DNA of 64,000 bases from a virus: positions 1 to 64,000 of the IMG/VR virus record IMGVR_UViG_3300031414_000009; one strand, 5' to 3'. Within the stretch, counting starts at the first letter, position 1, and the number at the start of each line of letters is the position of its first letter. Under the pieces are notes generated by a model, which saw only the letters and a list, made by a program, of their open reading frames with translations, was not told the origin of the DNA and did not search any database. Below, one piece after another: positions 1 through 9,408 of this stretch. The translations under genes and the position numbers were made by a program.

Positions 1-2000
1 CATTCAGCGATTGCGTTAGCCAGCGCGTACAGGAAGTGTGCGTTGAAAGTGATACGGTTAGCGTAACCAGTGATGGTTGCGTTAGGTACCAGCTCCATGA
101 TGATCTTCTCACGCTCTTCCAGAGACAGCGCTTCGTTACCGTTGTAGCTCGCCATCGCATTAGCCCATTTCTGAGCAATGGTGCTGCCGTTCTTACCGGT
201 CTGGTTCAGAACTGCCAGGTGGTCGATGTTACGCAGGTCAACCAGCTGATCGTTGTCCGGATAGTGACCCAGGTGTACGCGGGTTACTTCGTTTGCAACA
301 ATCTTGTTGTTCTCACCGAAGTGGCGAGAGAACGCATTGCCGGTCAGTGCATCAGCAGCACGACGGATGTACGAACGAGCAGCTTCACCTTCAGGACCTT
401 TGTCCGCACACGCCAGCAGCGCAGCTTCCATCCAGGTCAGGTCGCCAGCTTCTTCGATATCCATGCTGTACAGCAGGTTATCTTCCACAGTGTGGTTCAG
501 GAAGTCAGGCAGGTTGAAGGATTTATCCTGAGTATCGATCTTAGCACGCTGGCCAGGTACGAACTCATGCTCGTAGCCCAGAGCACCGATGTCGTGAATA
601 TCTTCGACGCCGCGCTTAGGCTGGAACGCATTGATCCAGTTGTAGTTAGAACCCAGAACAGTGGAGGTCGCCAGAGTCAGCAGCATTTCGCCGACGTTGA
701 TGACTTTGCCCATTGGACGGTTACGCGTGATGACCATGCGTGGGAACCATACTACTTTCGCATTCTGCGGAATGCCGTAGCTTGCGTAGGTCTGCTGACC
801 GTTGTTGTCCATGCGAGGTGGTGCGTACACCAGATCGATAAACGCGGCCAGTGCAGTTACCGGACGGGTAGCTACGTTCTGAGTCAGGTTGGCAGTCGCT
901 TTGTTGCCAGAGCGAATGGTAGTTTGCAGCACTACGTCAGAACGGATTGGCAGACCAGCTGCGGTTTCCATTGCGCGAGCACCCCAGACAGCCTGAGCAT
1001 GCAGAGTCTGTGCGATCTTCTCGAAACGACCATCACCCAGAGGTTTAACCAGGCTCAGGAATTTCTGAGAACCGAAGCGCACGTCAGCGGCGGTGTTCAG
1101 TGCACCCAGTGCGAAGAACAGCAGGTTACGAACGTACTTAGCGTTTTCCGGATCTTTCAGGTCCAGAGACTTAGGTACGACGTTAACGCCGGCAGACAGT
1201 ACTGCTTCTTTGGTGTTCAGCACGCGCTGGACGTGGCTGGTGATCAGCTGCGCTACCGCATCGTTGAAGATATCGCCGGTTACAGATGCGATCTGGATGC
1301 TGTAGTTGCCCATGTTGTAGCTGCGACGCTCCAGCGGCTCTGCGCTTTCCATCAGCAGGGTGAATAGCAGTGGGATACGACGACCGTCTTTCTGTGCGTG
1401 CATTACAACACCCAGGGCGTTGCATGGCAGACCCAGAGTTGCCGCTTCCAGAGTCAGGAACATCGGCTTACCGTATGCGCCTGATTTAGAGCTGGCCGGA
1501 TCGTTGTCGATGATGTTCTCAGCGATCTTCTTGAACTCGTTGACGTCTACCGCGCCAGAGTTCAGACCCAGCGTACGATCCATGTTGCTGTAAGAGTCAT
1601 CCAGACCGTAAGTTCCGAAGTTCTGTGACATGTTCTTTTCCTCTTTATATGTGTTCTGAGTGTTTTGTGATGCTACGGGTGCCACGCGAGCGGGCTGGAT
1701 TGTTTCGCGGTGTTGACGCGCTGGTTCAGCATGCGGAGTGTGATGTTCCGCACGGTCTACCAACACACCTTCCACTGGTTGGGGTTCTTTCGGTTGCTGT
1801 TGTGCAGCAGCCTTCTGCTGATTGAGATTAGTAGCCGTTTTGACTACAGTCTCCGCCAGATGCGTTTCGCTATCTTTAGCTACCGCATCAAGAAAAGCTG
1901 AACCTAAGCTGCCAACGTGTCCGGTGTCATCAGACTTAATTGGCTCTTCAACTTTCGGCTTTTCAGATTGGTCTTTATCTTTATCGTGGACAAGTGCCAT
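1..2000 (-). CDS. chmA: Chimallin (phage nuclear shell protein), 3' end truncated by window edge; second in-frame start at 1631
   Basis: Manual translation is open from ATG 2000 to position 1 (absent from ORF track because no stop in window). Motifs GLPIRSDVVL, DIGALGY, VHLGHY..DLRNIDHLAVLN and TGYANRITFNAHFLYAL match my recollection of 201phi2-1 gp105 (GNPIRADIVV, DIGALGW, DLDNLAALN, TGKAERCTYNAKFIEAL). Syntenic with DNA polymerase. Confidence 0.9.
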   Translation of the reverse strand, partial: MALVHDKDKDQSEKPKVEEPIKSDDTGHVGSLGSAFLDAVAKDSETHLAETVVKTATNLNQQKAAAQQQPKEPQPVEGVLVDRAEHHTPHAEPARQHRETIQPARVAPVASQNTQNTYKEEKNMSQNFGTYGLDDSYSNMDRTLGLNSGAVDVNEFKKIAENIIDNDPASSKSGAYGKPMFLTLEAATLGLPCNALGVVMHAQKDGRRIPLLFTLLMESAEPLERRSYNMGNYSIQIASVTGDIFNDAVAQLITSHVQRVLNTKEAVLSAGVNVVPKSLDLKDPENAKYVRNLLFFALGALNTAADVRFGSQKFLSLVKPLGDGRFEKIAQTLHAQAVWGARAMETAAGLPIRSDVVLQTTIRSGNKATANLTQNVATRPVTALAAFIDLVYAPPRMDNNGQQTYASYGIPQNAKVVWFPRMVITRNRPMGKVINVGEMLLTLATSTVLGSNYNWINAFQPKRGVEDIHDIGALGYEHEFVPGQRAKIDTQDKSFNLPDFLNHTVEDNLLYSMDIEEAGDLTWMEAALLACADKGPEGEAARSYIRRAADALTGNAFSRHFGENNKIVANEVTRVHLGHYPDNDQLVDLRNIDHLAVLNQTGKNGSTIAQKWANAMASYNGNEALSLEEREKIIMELVPNATITGYANRITFNAHFLYALANAIAE

Positions 2001-2055
2001 CTTTTCATTCCTTAAACATTGCAATGTTTTCGGTTAGTCCTATACCAACCACTAA

Positions 2056-2075
2056 GGTAATATATACTTGAAAAA
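2056..2075 (-). promoter_or_regulatory. Early-type phage promoter upstream of chimallin
   Basis: Minus strand reads TTTTTCAAGTATATATTACC, containing the phiKZ early motif TATATTAC; motif recurs across the window. Confidence 0.7.
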
Positions 2076-2269
2076 TCTTTGGAACTACCCCATAGGGCAT
2101 TGTGCCCGGTTAGGGGCACCCGCAGATTTCTCTACATAGTATATGTCAAAATCTGGAGAACTTTTTTAGAATGACTTATATAACCCTAGAAGAGTCTGAC
2201 CTTGCGGGTCAGTAAGCTCTCTATATTATAGAGCAGTCAGTGTAAAAAATTACCTAAGGTGGAGGTTTC

Positions 2270-3361
2270 ATGTATACGTTGTTCGAAACGCCAAACCCCA
2301 GAAAAGCTCCACGCTACTTCTATATGGGGTTTGAAGCCGTACGCCGTCGTTGGAAAGAGAATGTCGTCAGACTGCAAGGTCATTGGAGAACCAGTGGCTA
2401 TGCGGTGAAATCGGAACACATTCTTTCTAAGTTGGTTGGCAGTTTCTCCATACCTTTGTACGACGATGTAAGAAAATACCGAGATGCCATTATTGACATG
2501 TCACCTCAGCTTTGCATGGGTGTTGGTATTGCTGCACCAACTAACGGCACAATCAGTGTAGAGAACCCAGGGTGGTTCTACGGACTGCGCGACAAAGAAT
2601 ATCTGCTTTCCGTAGCGGATGACTTTGATGCATATAACGCGGCCTACAATTGGTCTGAGCAACAGCCTCTTAAAGTGTTACGTCACACCTTAACTGATCT
2701 TAATATGGCACTGCCCAACGGGGACGTACCTGACGTTGCGGATGGTTATGTCATTATAAGTATCAACATCCCGTTACTCGCGGTAATGTACTGGGGTTGG
2801 TGTAAGTCGCAGGTTGAAAAGGAAGCTGGCACAGCTGAACGTATCCAACAGTTTATTGGTCAACACGTTCTTCCTTCTCTCTTGCCCTCACAGACGAACG
2901 TGGCATTCTTTAACCGTATCATGGCGACACTGAACAATGTTCCGGTGACCCCAGAGAAGCGAGCGAATAGCATTGCCATTGCGACCAACTACACTAACAT
3001 CGATCGGATCATCGATACTATCCTGAGTGACATGCGAACTAACCACATGACGTTCCATGAGATCTTTGGTTGTATTCCTACGATCACAGACGAGTCTATG
3101 CTCTCCTTTATACAGACACCGGATACTGTTATCTCCAGACAGAACCAGTGGGCGTTAGAGGCAGCATACATTCCCTATACGTCTTTTGCACTCAATCTTT
3201 CTGCTCTCTTTAACAACACGCAGAACCAGATGGAGCGTAATTACACTTGGCGTTTGGTGAACCGTGTGGTGAACGACAGGCTGTTAGATGCAGCACCCCG
3301 TCGCATACGCAACGATTTGCGCTTTGACTTCGACACGCAAGTTGCGGTGTGGACAAAATAG
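2270..3361 (+). CDS. Conserved chimallivirus protein between DNA polymerase and chimallin (phiKZ gp52-like position)
   Basis: 363 aa ORF with GGAGG SD; synteny only. Confidence 0.75.
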   Translation: MYTLFETPNPRKAPRYFYMGFEAVRRRWKENVVRLQGHWRTSGYAVKSEHILSKLVGSFSIPLYDDVRKYRDAIIDMSPQLCMGVGIAAPTNGTISVENPGWFYGLRDKEYLLSVADDFDAYNAAYNWSEQQPLKVLRHTLTDLNMALPNGDVPDVADGYVIISINIPLLAVMYWGWCKSQVEKEAGTAERIQQFIGQHVLPSLLPSQTNVAFFNRIMATLNNVPVTPEKRANSIAIATNYTNIDRIIDTILSDMRTNHMTFHEIFGCIPTITDESMLSFIQTPDTVISRQNQWALEAAYIPYTSFALNLSALFNNTQNQMERNYTWRLVNRVVNDRLLDAAPRRIRNDLRFDFDTQVAVWTK

Positions 3362-3367
3362 ATATCT

Positions 3368-3410
3368 GCCCTCTCTACTCCCGCAAAGGAGTAGAGAGGG
3401 CTTTATGTCG
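3368..3410. terminator. Bidirectional intrinsic terminator between convergent genes
   Basis: GCCCTCTCTACTCC/GGAGTAGAGAGGGC 14-bp hairpin then TTTATG. Confidence 0.8.
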
Positions 3411-3411
3411 C

Positions 3412-5538
3412 TTAATGGCGATCAGATATCAAATTACTAATGCGGTCGTCAACGTTAATATAGTAACCTAATGATTCCAATACCAGGTAGTACGCCTCCA
3501 TCGTGTTATAGATGATTTTACGCACGTCGATGATACGGGTGATCTCAGGTGGTACACCAGATGACATGACGATGTTTGCTGGCAGCATGATCGTTGTCAT
3601 TGATGTCTTGTCGTAGCGAGCTGCCCAGGTTTTCAGACGCTCGGCCAGGTCCTTATCTTCGATACCTTCAATCCATCCATTGAAGCCAGTTTTGTTATTG
3701 GCTGCTACTGATGCTTTGATGGCGAAGAACGGAGGTGGATCAGAATGGCCGTATTTATCGGCAAATACCTGCTCCCACAACTCGTAATACGCATACGGTG
3801 AACTTTCTGGTTTGGTATAGAACTCAGGAGCTTTAACCTGTGCTGTGGTTAAGTAACGAGTCTCACCGTTCAGAATACTGTTCTGGATCTCACGCTCACG
3901 ATCGGCAACATCTTTGAGGATCTGCTGCAAATCGATCTGCTCACCGCGAAGGATGGTATCCATGATATCACGGATAAGCTGGGTAGCGCCATTCATGATC
4001 TCGTCTGGCACTTTGGAGTTCTTAAGCGTTACGCCTTTGACTTCCAGCTCAGGTTCAGTATACACGTTGCCTTCACGCGCTGACATGTATGCAAAGTAGT
4101 GCTTAGCACGCGGTGTCAATGCGAATACAGGGAACATATATTCGTTCTTCATGGAGACCTTGTGGATCTTCTCCGTAACAATACCCATGTTACCAGAGAT
4201 AACTGCCAGGTAATGCTTAACCAGCTGGGAACTGAAATACACCACGATACTTGCGATATCGTTAGATGTTTCAGTGAAGTCCAACTGACCGCGATACCAG
4301 ATTGCCCAGTCCTGTACAGTAAAGATGGTTGAGTCAGTATCTGACACGACCGCAGTACGACGAACAGACGACGGGAAGTCTGCAAGTGAGGCAGGAACGT
4401 TGTCAGTTACCATGAAAGCAGCGTAGTAGGTTGCATACGAAGCAATAGCATCCATTACACCCTTAGCGATAGAAGCAACTTTCTGTAAACGTTCGCCGTC
4501 TTCTTTAACCACGTCCCAAATAGTCGAGCCATTCAAGATGCTACCACAGTAAAGACCAACCAATGCAAACTGGTCGTCATCCAGCGCTTTAATAACAGCC
4601 ACCGGATCTTCTACTGGCTCAGTGCGCTTAGTAATCAGACGCGTTAACATCTCACGCATGAACGCCGGGTTGAACTCTTTCAGGTTCCACAGGTCGCCCA
4701 TATAACAGAACGCAGCCCGTTGAATTGGTGACAAGCGACTAACCAGTTCAGCAACTTGTGCAAACTTGTCATCAGCGCGCCAATACAAATCGGTAGAGCG
4801 CTTAATGGTGGCCAGGGTTTCTTCAACAGAGGGATAATGAAGATTGAACTCATCCATTGCACGCTGGATCTTCACGTAGTCTGAGTTAGAGACAATCGAG
4901 ATGATATTGCTCAGCGTGATATCCAGGTTGTAGTAATGACGGTTGCCGGTAATGAAGCGCTCGTTAGAGGCGTTAGCGGTACCCGATGCAGAACGACACA
5001 CTGAAGTCAGAGTTGAGTGTGAGGACTTATTGTAAAGTGGGGTAGATGCCGATGCGTGAGCACCTGACAAACTGTTGTTCTTTACCTTATAAGTCGTTTG
5101 CAGAATGTTGAAGAAAGTTTTACCTGCTTTGTCACCCGCCATATCAGCAAGGAACATCTTCTTCTTAACATCCTTACGTTTGGCCAAGTTCAATAAGATA
5201 TATTCGGCCAGCAGTGAACGCTTCTCAGCGGGGTTAAAGTAAACTGCCATAGTTGGAGACATGATGCAATTGCGCTCACTCACGGTACGCAGATAACCCG
5301 ATACGGTACCTGTATACACATCGCGGTTGCCTTCTGTCTCTTTAGCCAGGTACAGAACACGAGGATCTTTAAACTCATGGCTACCACCAGGACTAATTGC
5401 CGCTTTGACTTTCTCATAGCACTCTTCGTACGGTAATCCTTTCTTAATAGAAAGATACGAAGCTGCGTCGTGCAAGTAGTGCTTAACCATATCAAGGTCA
5501 CGACCGTATGACTCTTGTGGTTGTGTAAATAACTGCAT
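3412..5538 (-). CDS. Family B DNA polymerase, phiKZ gp50-like subunit of split polymerase
   Basis: K..NSLSG (motif B-like), VSDTDSTIF (motif C), KHYFA, ELEVKGV; start MQLF at 5538 with GAGG SD. Confidence 0.85.
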   Translation of the reverse strand: MQLFTQPQESYGRDLDMVKHYLHDAASYLSIKKGLPYEECYEKVKAAISPGGSHEFKDPRVLYLAKETEGNRDVYTGTVSGYLRTVSERNCIMSPTMAVYFNPAEKRSLLAEYILLNLAKRKDVKKKMFLADMAGDKAGKTFFNILQTTYKVKNNSLSGAHASASTPLYNKSSHSTLTSVCRSASGTANASNERFITGNRHYYNLDITLSNIISIVSNSDYVKIQRAMDEFNLHYPSVEETLATIKRSTDLYWRADDKFAQVAELVSRLSPIQRAAFCYMGDLWNLKEFNPAFMREMLTRLITKRTEPVEDPVAVIKALDDDQFALVGLYCGSILNGSTIWDVVKEDGERLQKVASIAKGVMDAIASYATYYAAFMVTDNVPASLADFPSSVRRTAVVSDTDSTIFTVQDWAIWYRGQLDFTETSNDIASIVVYFSSQLVKHYLAVISGNMGIVTEKIHKVSMKNEYMFPVFALTPRAKHYFAYMSAREGNVYTEPELEVKGVTLKNSKVPDEIMNGATQLIRDIMDTILRGEQIDLQQILKDVADREREIQNSILNGETRYLTTAQVKAPEFYTKPESSPYAYYELWEQVFADKYGHSDPPPFFAIKASVAANNKTGFNGWIEGIEDKDLAERLKTWAARYDKTSMTTIMLPANIVMSSGVPPEITRIIDVRKIIYNTMEAYYLVLESLGYYINVDDRISNLISDRH

Positions 5539-5563
5539 TTTATTTTCCTCACTGTTTACTACG

Positions 5564-5586
5564 CATACCATCAGCAAGGAAAGTAA
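5564..5586 (-). promoter_or_regulatory. Class II (middle/late-like) promoter TTAC-N15-TATG for DNA polymerase
   Basis: TTAC tttccttgctgatgg TATG; same spacing at five other intergenic sites. Confidence 0.5.
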
Positions 5587-5598
5587 AAAAAGAAAAGA

Positions 5599-5710
5599 GG
5601 CATAAAAAGACGGTCCCCGAAGGGACCGTCGAAACGCGCTATTTAAGGAATGTGTACAGCCTAAGGTCCCCCGTTACCCGTAGCGCCCCTGACACAGACT
5701 GTAACACATA
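5599..5710 (-). ncRNA. Candidate ~110-nt structured RNA with own promoter and terminator
   Basis: TTAC-N16-TATG at 5707-5730; 12-bp stem TGTGT(T)ACAGTCT/AGGCTGTACACA; terminator GACGGTCCC-TTCG-GGGACCGTC-TTTTTATGCC. Confidence 0.5.
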
Positions 5711-5716
5711 TAATAG

Positions 5717-6136
5717 TTAATTTACAGTAACAACTTTTGCCACTTTATTACCGGTGGTAGCAATTGCTGCTGTAATCGCGTTGATGACGTCCTGGTTACA
5801 GTTCTCGACGTAGAACGCCATGGTGTTATTATCGATAACGGTGATCGAGGCTGGGATAATGTACGGTAAGCCTACGAAGTCTACCGATCCATTGGCCAGT
5901 CTAACCTTTAACCAGTTGTAGTCATCGGCACTAGCTGGGGTACCAGCAGGCAGTGTACCGTAAACATTGGCGTGAATAGCGTACGGATCAAATCCCGCTT
6001 GTTTAACCGAGTCTGCATCAACGATACCCAGGATTTTGCAACCGCTGTAATCTGTGCGGATGATGTTCTGGGTTTGTTGGTACAGAGAGAAGTTCACGGT
6101 GTCGCGGATATTTGCTTTGCCTAACACATCCATCAT
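5717..6136 (-). CDS. Conserved jumbo-phage protein adjacent to DNA polymerase
   Basis: 139 aa ORF, GGAG SD, synteny. Confidence 0.75.
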   Translation of the reverse strand: MMDVLGKANIRDTVNFSLYQQTQNIIRTDYSGCKILGIVDADSVKQAGFDPYAIHANVYGTLPAGTPASADDYNWLKVRLANGSVDFVGLPYIIPASITVIDNNTMAFYVENCNQDVINAITAAIATTGNKVAKVVTVN

Positions 6137-6434
6137 TAATCTCCAAAATTAAGAAATAGTCATAAGGATTCGTCGAATCCCCGTGCAAATGGATATTGGC
6201 AAATGGCATTGTTAACTTAAGGAGGAATTCATTCAGGATGGATTCCAATGTGTCCATGATGAACTCATCGAAAATATCGCAACCCTCTGACTCATCCGAG
6301 TTCAACAGTTCCTTGCATGCTCTCGCAATGTAACCAATGGCTAAGTGTGGGTCGGGTGGCTCTTCCGAATAAACACGTTGGAGTGTCAACGGAATTAAGT
6401 CATCAAGTCTCTGATTTCCAAAAATGAATAACAT
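6018..6434 (-). CDS. Hypothetical protein, paralog array member 8
   Basis: ORF; C-terminal tail overlaps next gene. Confidence 0.6.
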   Translation of the reverse strand: MLFIFGNQRLDDLIPLTLQRVYSEEPPDPHLAIGYIARACKELLNSDESEGCDIFDEFIMDTLESILNEFLLKLTMPFANIHLHGDSTNPYDYFLILEINDGCVRQSKYPRHRELLSVPTNPEHHPHRLQRLQNPGYR

Positions 6435-6440
6435 GGATAT

Positions 6441-6854
6441 TTACCCCAATCGGATAAACAGCATCTGGTCCTTATACACATAACCGATAATTGGGCGCTG
6501 CACATTAGCCCGCATGTACGCCGTTCTTACGTTAATGTCAATCTGGGTCGTAAGCTGTATTAACAGTTCCTCGAAAAGCATCCGGTCATCTTGACTACCA
6601 GCATAGCTCTGGTTGACGTAGTGGCAAGGTGCTCCGCAAGGACGTCGTTCTTGTTGCGCCGTATACGCATTGATTGCGTACTCAACGAGTTCTTCGGCGC
6701 TGTACATTATTTGTACAAATCCGATGTTCCTGTTCAACGCGATCGTGTGCACATTCTCGAGACCAACAATCATAAACTCAGGTTGGCTATTCTCTTGAAT
6801 GGTGGCCAGGGTCTCTGGTAGACCCCGGTAACTATACCCACCACTATAATTCAT
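6441..6854 (-). CDS. Hypothetical protein, paralog array member 7
   Basis: ORF with GGAGG SD, ATGA coupling. Confidence 0.7.
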   Translation of the reverse strand: MNYSGGYSYRGLPETLATIQENSQPEFMIVGLENVHTIALNRNIGFVQIMYSAEELVEYAINAYTAQQERRPCGAPCHYVNQSYAGSQDDRMLFEELLIQLTTQIDINVRTAYMRANVQRPIIGYVYKDQMLFIRLG

Positions 6855-7306
6855 ATCAATGCCTCCACCACTGACAAGAACAGATACAAGTCGGTACCGA
6901 CTATCTGTACTCTATCAGCACGTATTAGTTCATATCTACGTGGATCAATCGTTTTTGTTAACACACCATGCAGTACATCGGCAAGGTAACTCATGTTAGT
7001 TACTAACCCGGCGAACAAACCATCGTGGTCTTGTCCGGGAGCGAACTCTGAACGGTCGTCAGCCTCTAACCACTGACGAACCCGGTTCTCTATGACACCT
7101 GTGCCGCATCCATACATACGATCAAGGGCCATTGCTAAACATGCGTGTGCTAATGACAATTCATCCAACTCATAGTTGTTTGCAACTGTTCGGAAAAGAT
7201 CACTATTGCCACCCATTTCAAACACACACAGAAGGGGCGTAGTAGTGCGTCTCCCCAGTCCGTCATGGTGTGGATACAATAGGCTTTCCTCTGAATTCCC
7301 GTGCAT
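6851..7306 (-). CDS. Hypothetical protein, paralog array member 6
   Basis: Start MHGN at 7306 after GAGG. Confidence 0.65.
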   Translation of the reverse strand: MHGNSEESLLYPHHDGLGRRTTTPLLCVFEMGGNSDLFRTVANNYELDELSLAHACLAMALDRMYGCGTGVIENRVRQWLEADDRSEFAPGQDHDGLFAGLVTNMSYLADVLHGVLTKTIDPRRYELIRADRVQIVGTDLYLFLSVVEALI

Positions 7307-7682
7307 AATCGTAGCCTCGTATATAAACGTCGTCACCTTCGAACCATACTTCTTCTACGCAGGCAAACGACGACTCATTAGGTAGGGTTACGTACCTAGA
7401 GAGCCAGGCTACGTACATATTAAATTGGCTTTGTATAAATTCAGATACTTGTTTTACGTTCACTTCCTTAGGGCGACTGTAATCCGATTCGAGTATCTCG
7501 GTAGCATTACACTCTATTATTTCAAGCCACTGGTCTCGCGTTTCTTCATACTTGATGGAGTAAAATCCATCGAACGCAAAGTGGATGATTTGCTCAAAAC
7601 TGAAGTACCGGGCAAGTTCGTCAAAATGCGGACCTGAACCCAGAAACCTCAAACTATAGATCATTAAAAATCCTGGGTTCAT
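7263..7682 (-). CDS. Hypothetical protein, paralog array member 5
   Basis: ORF with GGAG SD. Confidence 0.7.
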   Translation of the reverse strand: MNPGFLMIYSLRFLGSGPHFDELARYFSFEQIIHFAFDGFYSIKYEETRDQWLEIIECNATEILESDYSRPKEVNVKQVSEFIQSQFNMYVAWLSRYVTLPNESSFACVEEVWFEGDDVYIRGYDYAREFRGKPIVSTP

Positions 7683-7685
7683 TTG

Positions 7686-8048
7686 CTACTCCACAAAGAC
7701 CATTACAGTCTTGTCTGGCATCACCAATATTTCGACTACTCGTTCGTTTCCATTGGGACTCATAACACCCTGGCAGACAGGCCAACAGTTATTGGATATC
7801 TGCAACACCATCCCGTATAAATGTTGGACCATACGGTTAGTGAGTTCTTCAACAACAAAAGGTCGAAACGAATTACGTAGCATAGTTGATATATCGACGA
7901 TTTCCTCGCCGCGTATCCTGGCGCTATTAAGTAATACCGCCAACTCTACAAATTCCTCAACGTAGCTATCGGGGAACTCAGTATTTAAGAGCTGGCAAGT
8001 GTGGTCGATACAGCTGGTCAAGTCTAAACAGTAAGCTTTCTTGTGCAC
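7686..8048 (-). CDS. Hypothetical protein, paralog array member 4
   Basis: GTG start at 8048 after AAGGA. Confidence 0.65.
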   Translation of the reverse strand: MHKKAYCLDLTSCIDHTCQLLNTEFPDSYVEEFVELAVLLNSARIRGEEIVDISTMLRNSFRPFVVEELTNRMVQHLYGMVLQISNNCWPVCQGVMSPNGNERVVEILVMPDKTVMVFVE

Positions 8049-8484
8049 TGAGTATATCCTTGATGTAAGTCCGGTCGTAACGCAAGATAACGCTTTCACC
8101 GAAGAAGCTAATGGAACTGATTGTCCAACCGCCGTCATACACAAAACTACCCAAAATGCGAGAATACTGATACTCAACGCACTCTACGAGTTCCAGTACA
8201 ATCAATACAAGGTGGTCGCACAATGCAGAAAGAGCTGTCTCGTAAGACGCCCCCATTGAACCTGCCAAATGACAGATAGCATCGTTTTGGTCGCGTGGTA
8301 CTCTCATGCGTAGCCAACAACGCAGATCATCTTCTGCATCTGGATACGACTGTGCATGATCCCACATACCGATAGCCAGCGCTATTAACCACCCGTGGTC
8401 AAATCCCACCGGCAAATTAACCTGCTCTAGCTTACTTTCCATCAAGGCAGTGTCTAGCACCACAATAACCGGTTTCTGCTGCAT
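7978..8484 (-). CDS. Hypothetical protein, paralog array member 3
   Basis: ORF with GAGG SD. Confidence 0.7.
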   Translation of the reverse strand: MQQKPVIVVLDTALMESKLEQVNLPVGFDHGWLIALAIGMWDHAQSYPDAEDDLRCWLRMRVPRDQNDAICHLAGSMGASYETALSALCDHLVLIVLELVECVEYQYSRILGSFVYDGGWTISSISFFGESVILRYDRTYIKDILSAQESLLFRLDQLYRPHLPALKY

Positions 8485-8485
8485 A

Positions 8486-8848
8486 CTACCTCTCGATAAT
8501 TAAAATCGTTGTTTCATTGTCGACAAACTTCCAATAGTAGTCGGTCTGAAAAATGGTTGTATTTGCCACTCTTTCAATCTGCTCTTTTACTCTGGCGCAT
8601 AATTTAGAAAAGAGGTCTTCAACGACCAGAGGCGGTACGCCGAAGACCATCAATTCTTCTTTTACTCGGAGCTGTGCGGTTCCACGAAAAGGTGAGTATC
8701 CCAATACTTGATTCATCGTTGCTGTCGTGATGACGGCATCAGGTATTGCTATACTTGCTGGTATCCCAGCATTGCCAAGCGTCTTATAAAAGTTATCCAC
8801 TAGAGTTTGAACGTCATAAACAATGGCTCTACGACGATCTAGCTCCAC
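8486..8848 (-). CDS. Hypothetical protein, paralog array member 2
   Basis: GTG start after GAGGAG. Confidence 0.7.
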   Translation of the reverse strand: MELDRRRAIVYDVQTLVDNFYKTLGNAGIPASIAIPDAVITTATMNQVLGYSPFRGTAQLRVKEELMVFGVPPLVVEDLFSKLCARVKEQIERVANTTIFQTDYYWKFVDNETTILIIER

Positions 8849-8851
8849 GGG

Positions 8852-9298
8852 TTACTCCTCTTCAGGCATCTCCGTGCCAGTCAAGCGATACCATTCCATC
8901 ACACGATAATCCATGCCCTTATTAAGCAGAAGATCACCAGCGCATTCTGTTACAGACCAAACAAACCAGGTATAACCGATGTAGTTAACGATAGGTTGTT
9001 TGACGAATACGTAATAGATGTCATCTAACACCGCAGCCCGGAACTCGTCAATCTGCTCACCCTGAAACCAAGGTAAACGATCGACTAAGTAATCTTTGGC
9101 TTGTGTGGAATCGGCAGCCCAGTGCATGAGCGTATTCAGGTAATCGTCGGTAGCCAATGCACCCCATTTCTCGCACTCCTCACGAGTGAGTGGTGTAAGA
9201 TGTTTGTATTGGCACCAATGCAACTGCTTAATGTAAAACGTTGCTGTTAGTCGAGTCAAGTCAATCAACAAACTCGACACGTTATTATCATCACCCAC
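8852..9298 (-). CDS. Hypothetical protein, paralog array member 1
   Basis: GTG start after GAGGA. Confidence 0.7.
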   Translation of the reverse strand: MGDDNNVSSLLIDLTRLTATFYIKQLHWCQYKHLTPLTREECEKWGALATDDYLNTLMHWAADSTQAKDYLVDRLPWFQGEQIDEFRAAVLDDIYYVFVKQPIVNYIGYTWFVWSVTECAGDLLLNKGMDYRVMEWYRLTGTEMPEEE

Positions 9299-9339
9299 GA
9301 CGCTATCCTCAAGTTTAAAATGCTAAAAACCCTCTTACT

Positions 9340-9362
9340 CATAAATTTGGGGTTAACAGTAA
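9340..9362 (-). promoter_or_regulatory. Class II promoter TTAC-N15-TATG for the 9-gene operon
   Basis: TTAC tgttaaccccaaatt TATG. Confidence 0.5.
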
Positions 9363-9370
9363 ATAAATAC

Positions 9371-9402
9371 CGGCATAAAAGCTCCTGAAATTAATCAGGA
9401 GC
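9371..9402 (-). terminator. Intrinsic terminator
   Basis: GCTCCTGA..TCAGGAGC-TTTTATGCC. Confidence 0.75.
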
Positions 9403-9408
9403 GATTTT

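Noticed and set aside
36-1367. 443-aa plus-strand ORF in the track
   Set aside because: Antisense shadow of the chimallin gene; no SD or recognisable motifs
1-2000. Major capsid protein as identity of the left-edge gene
   Set aside because: Motifs and position next to DNA polymerase fit chimallin instead
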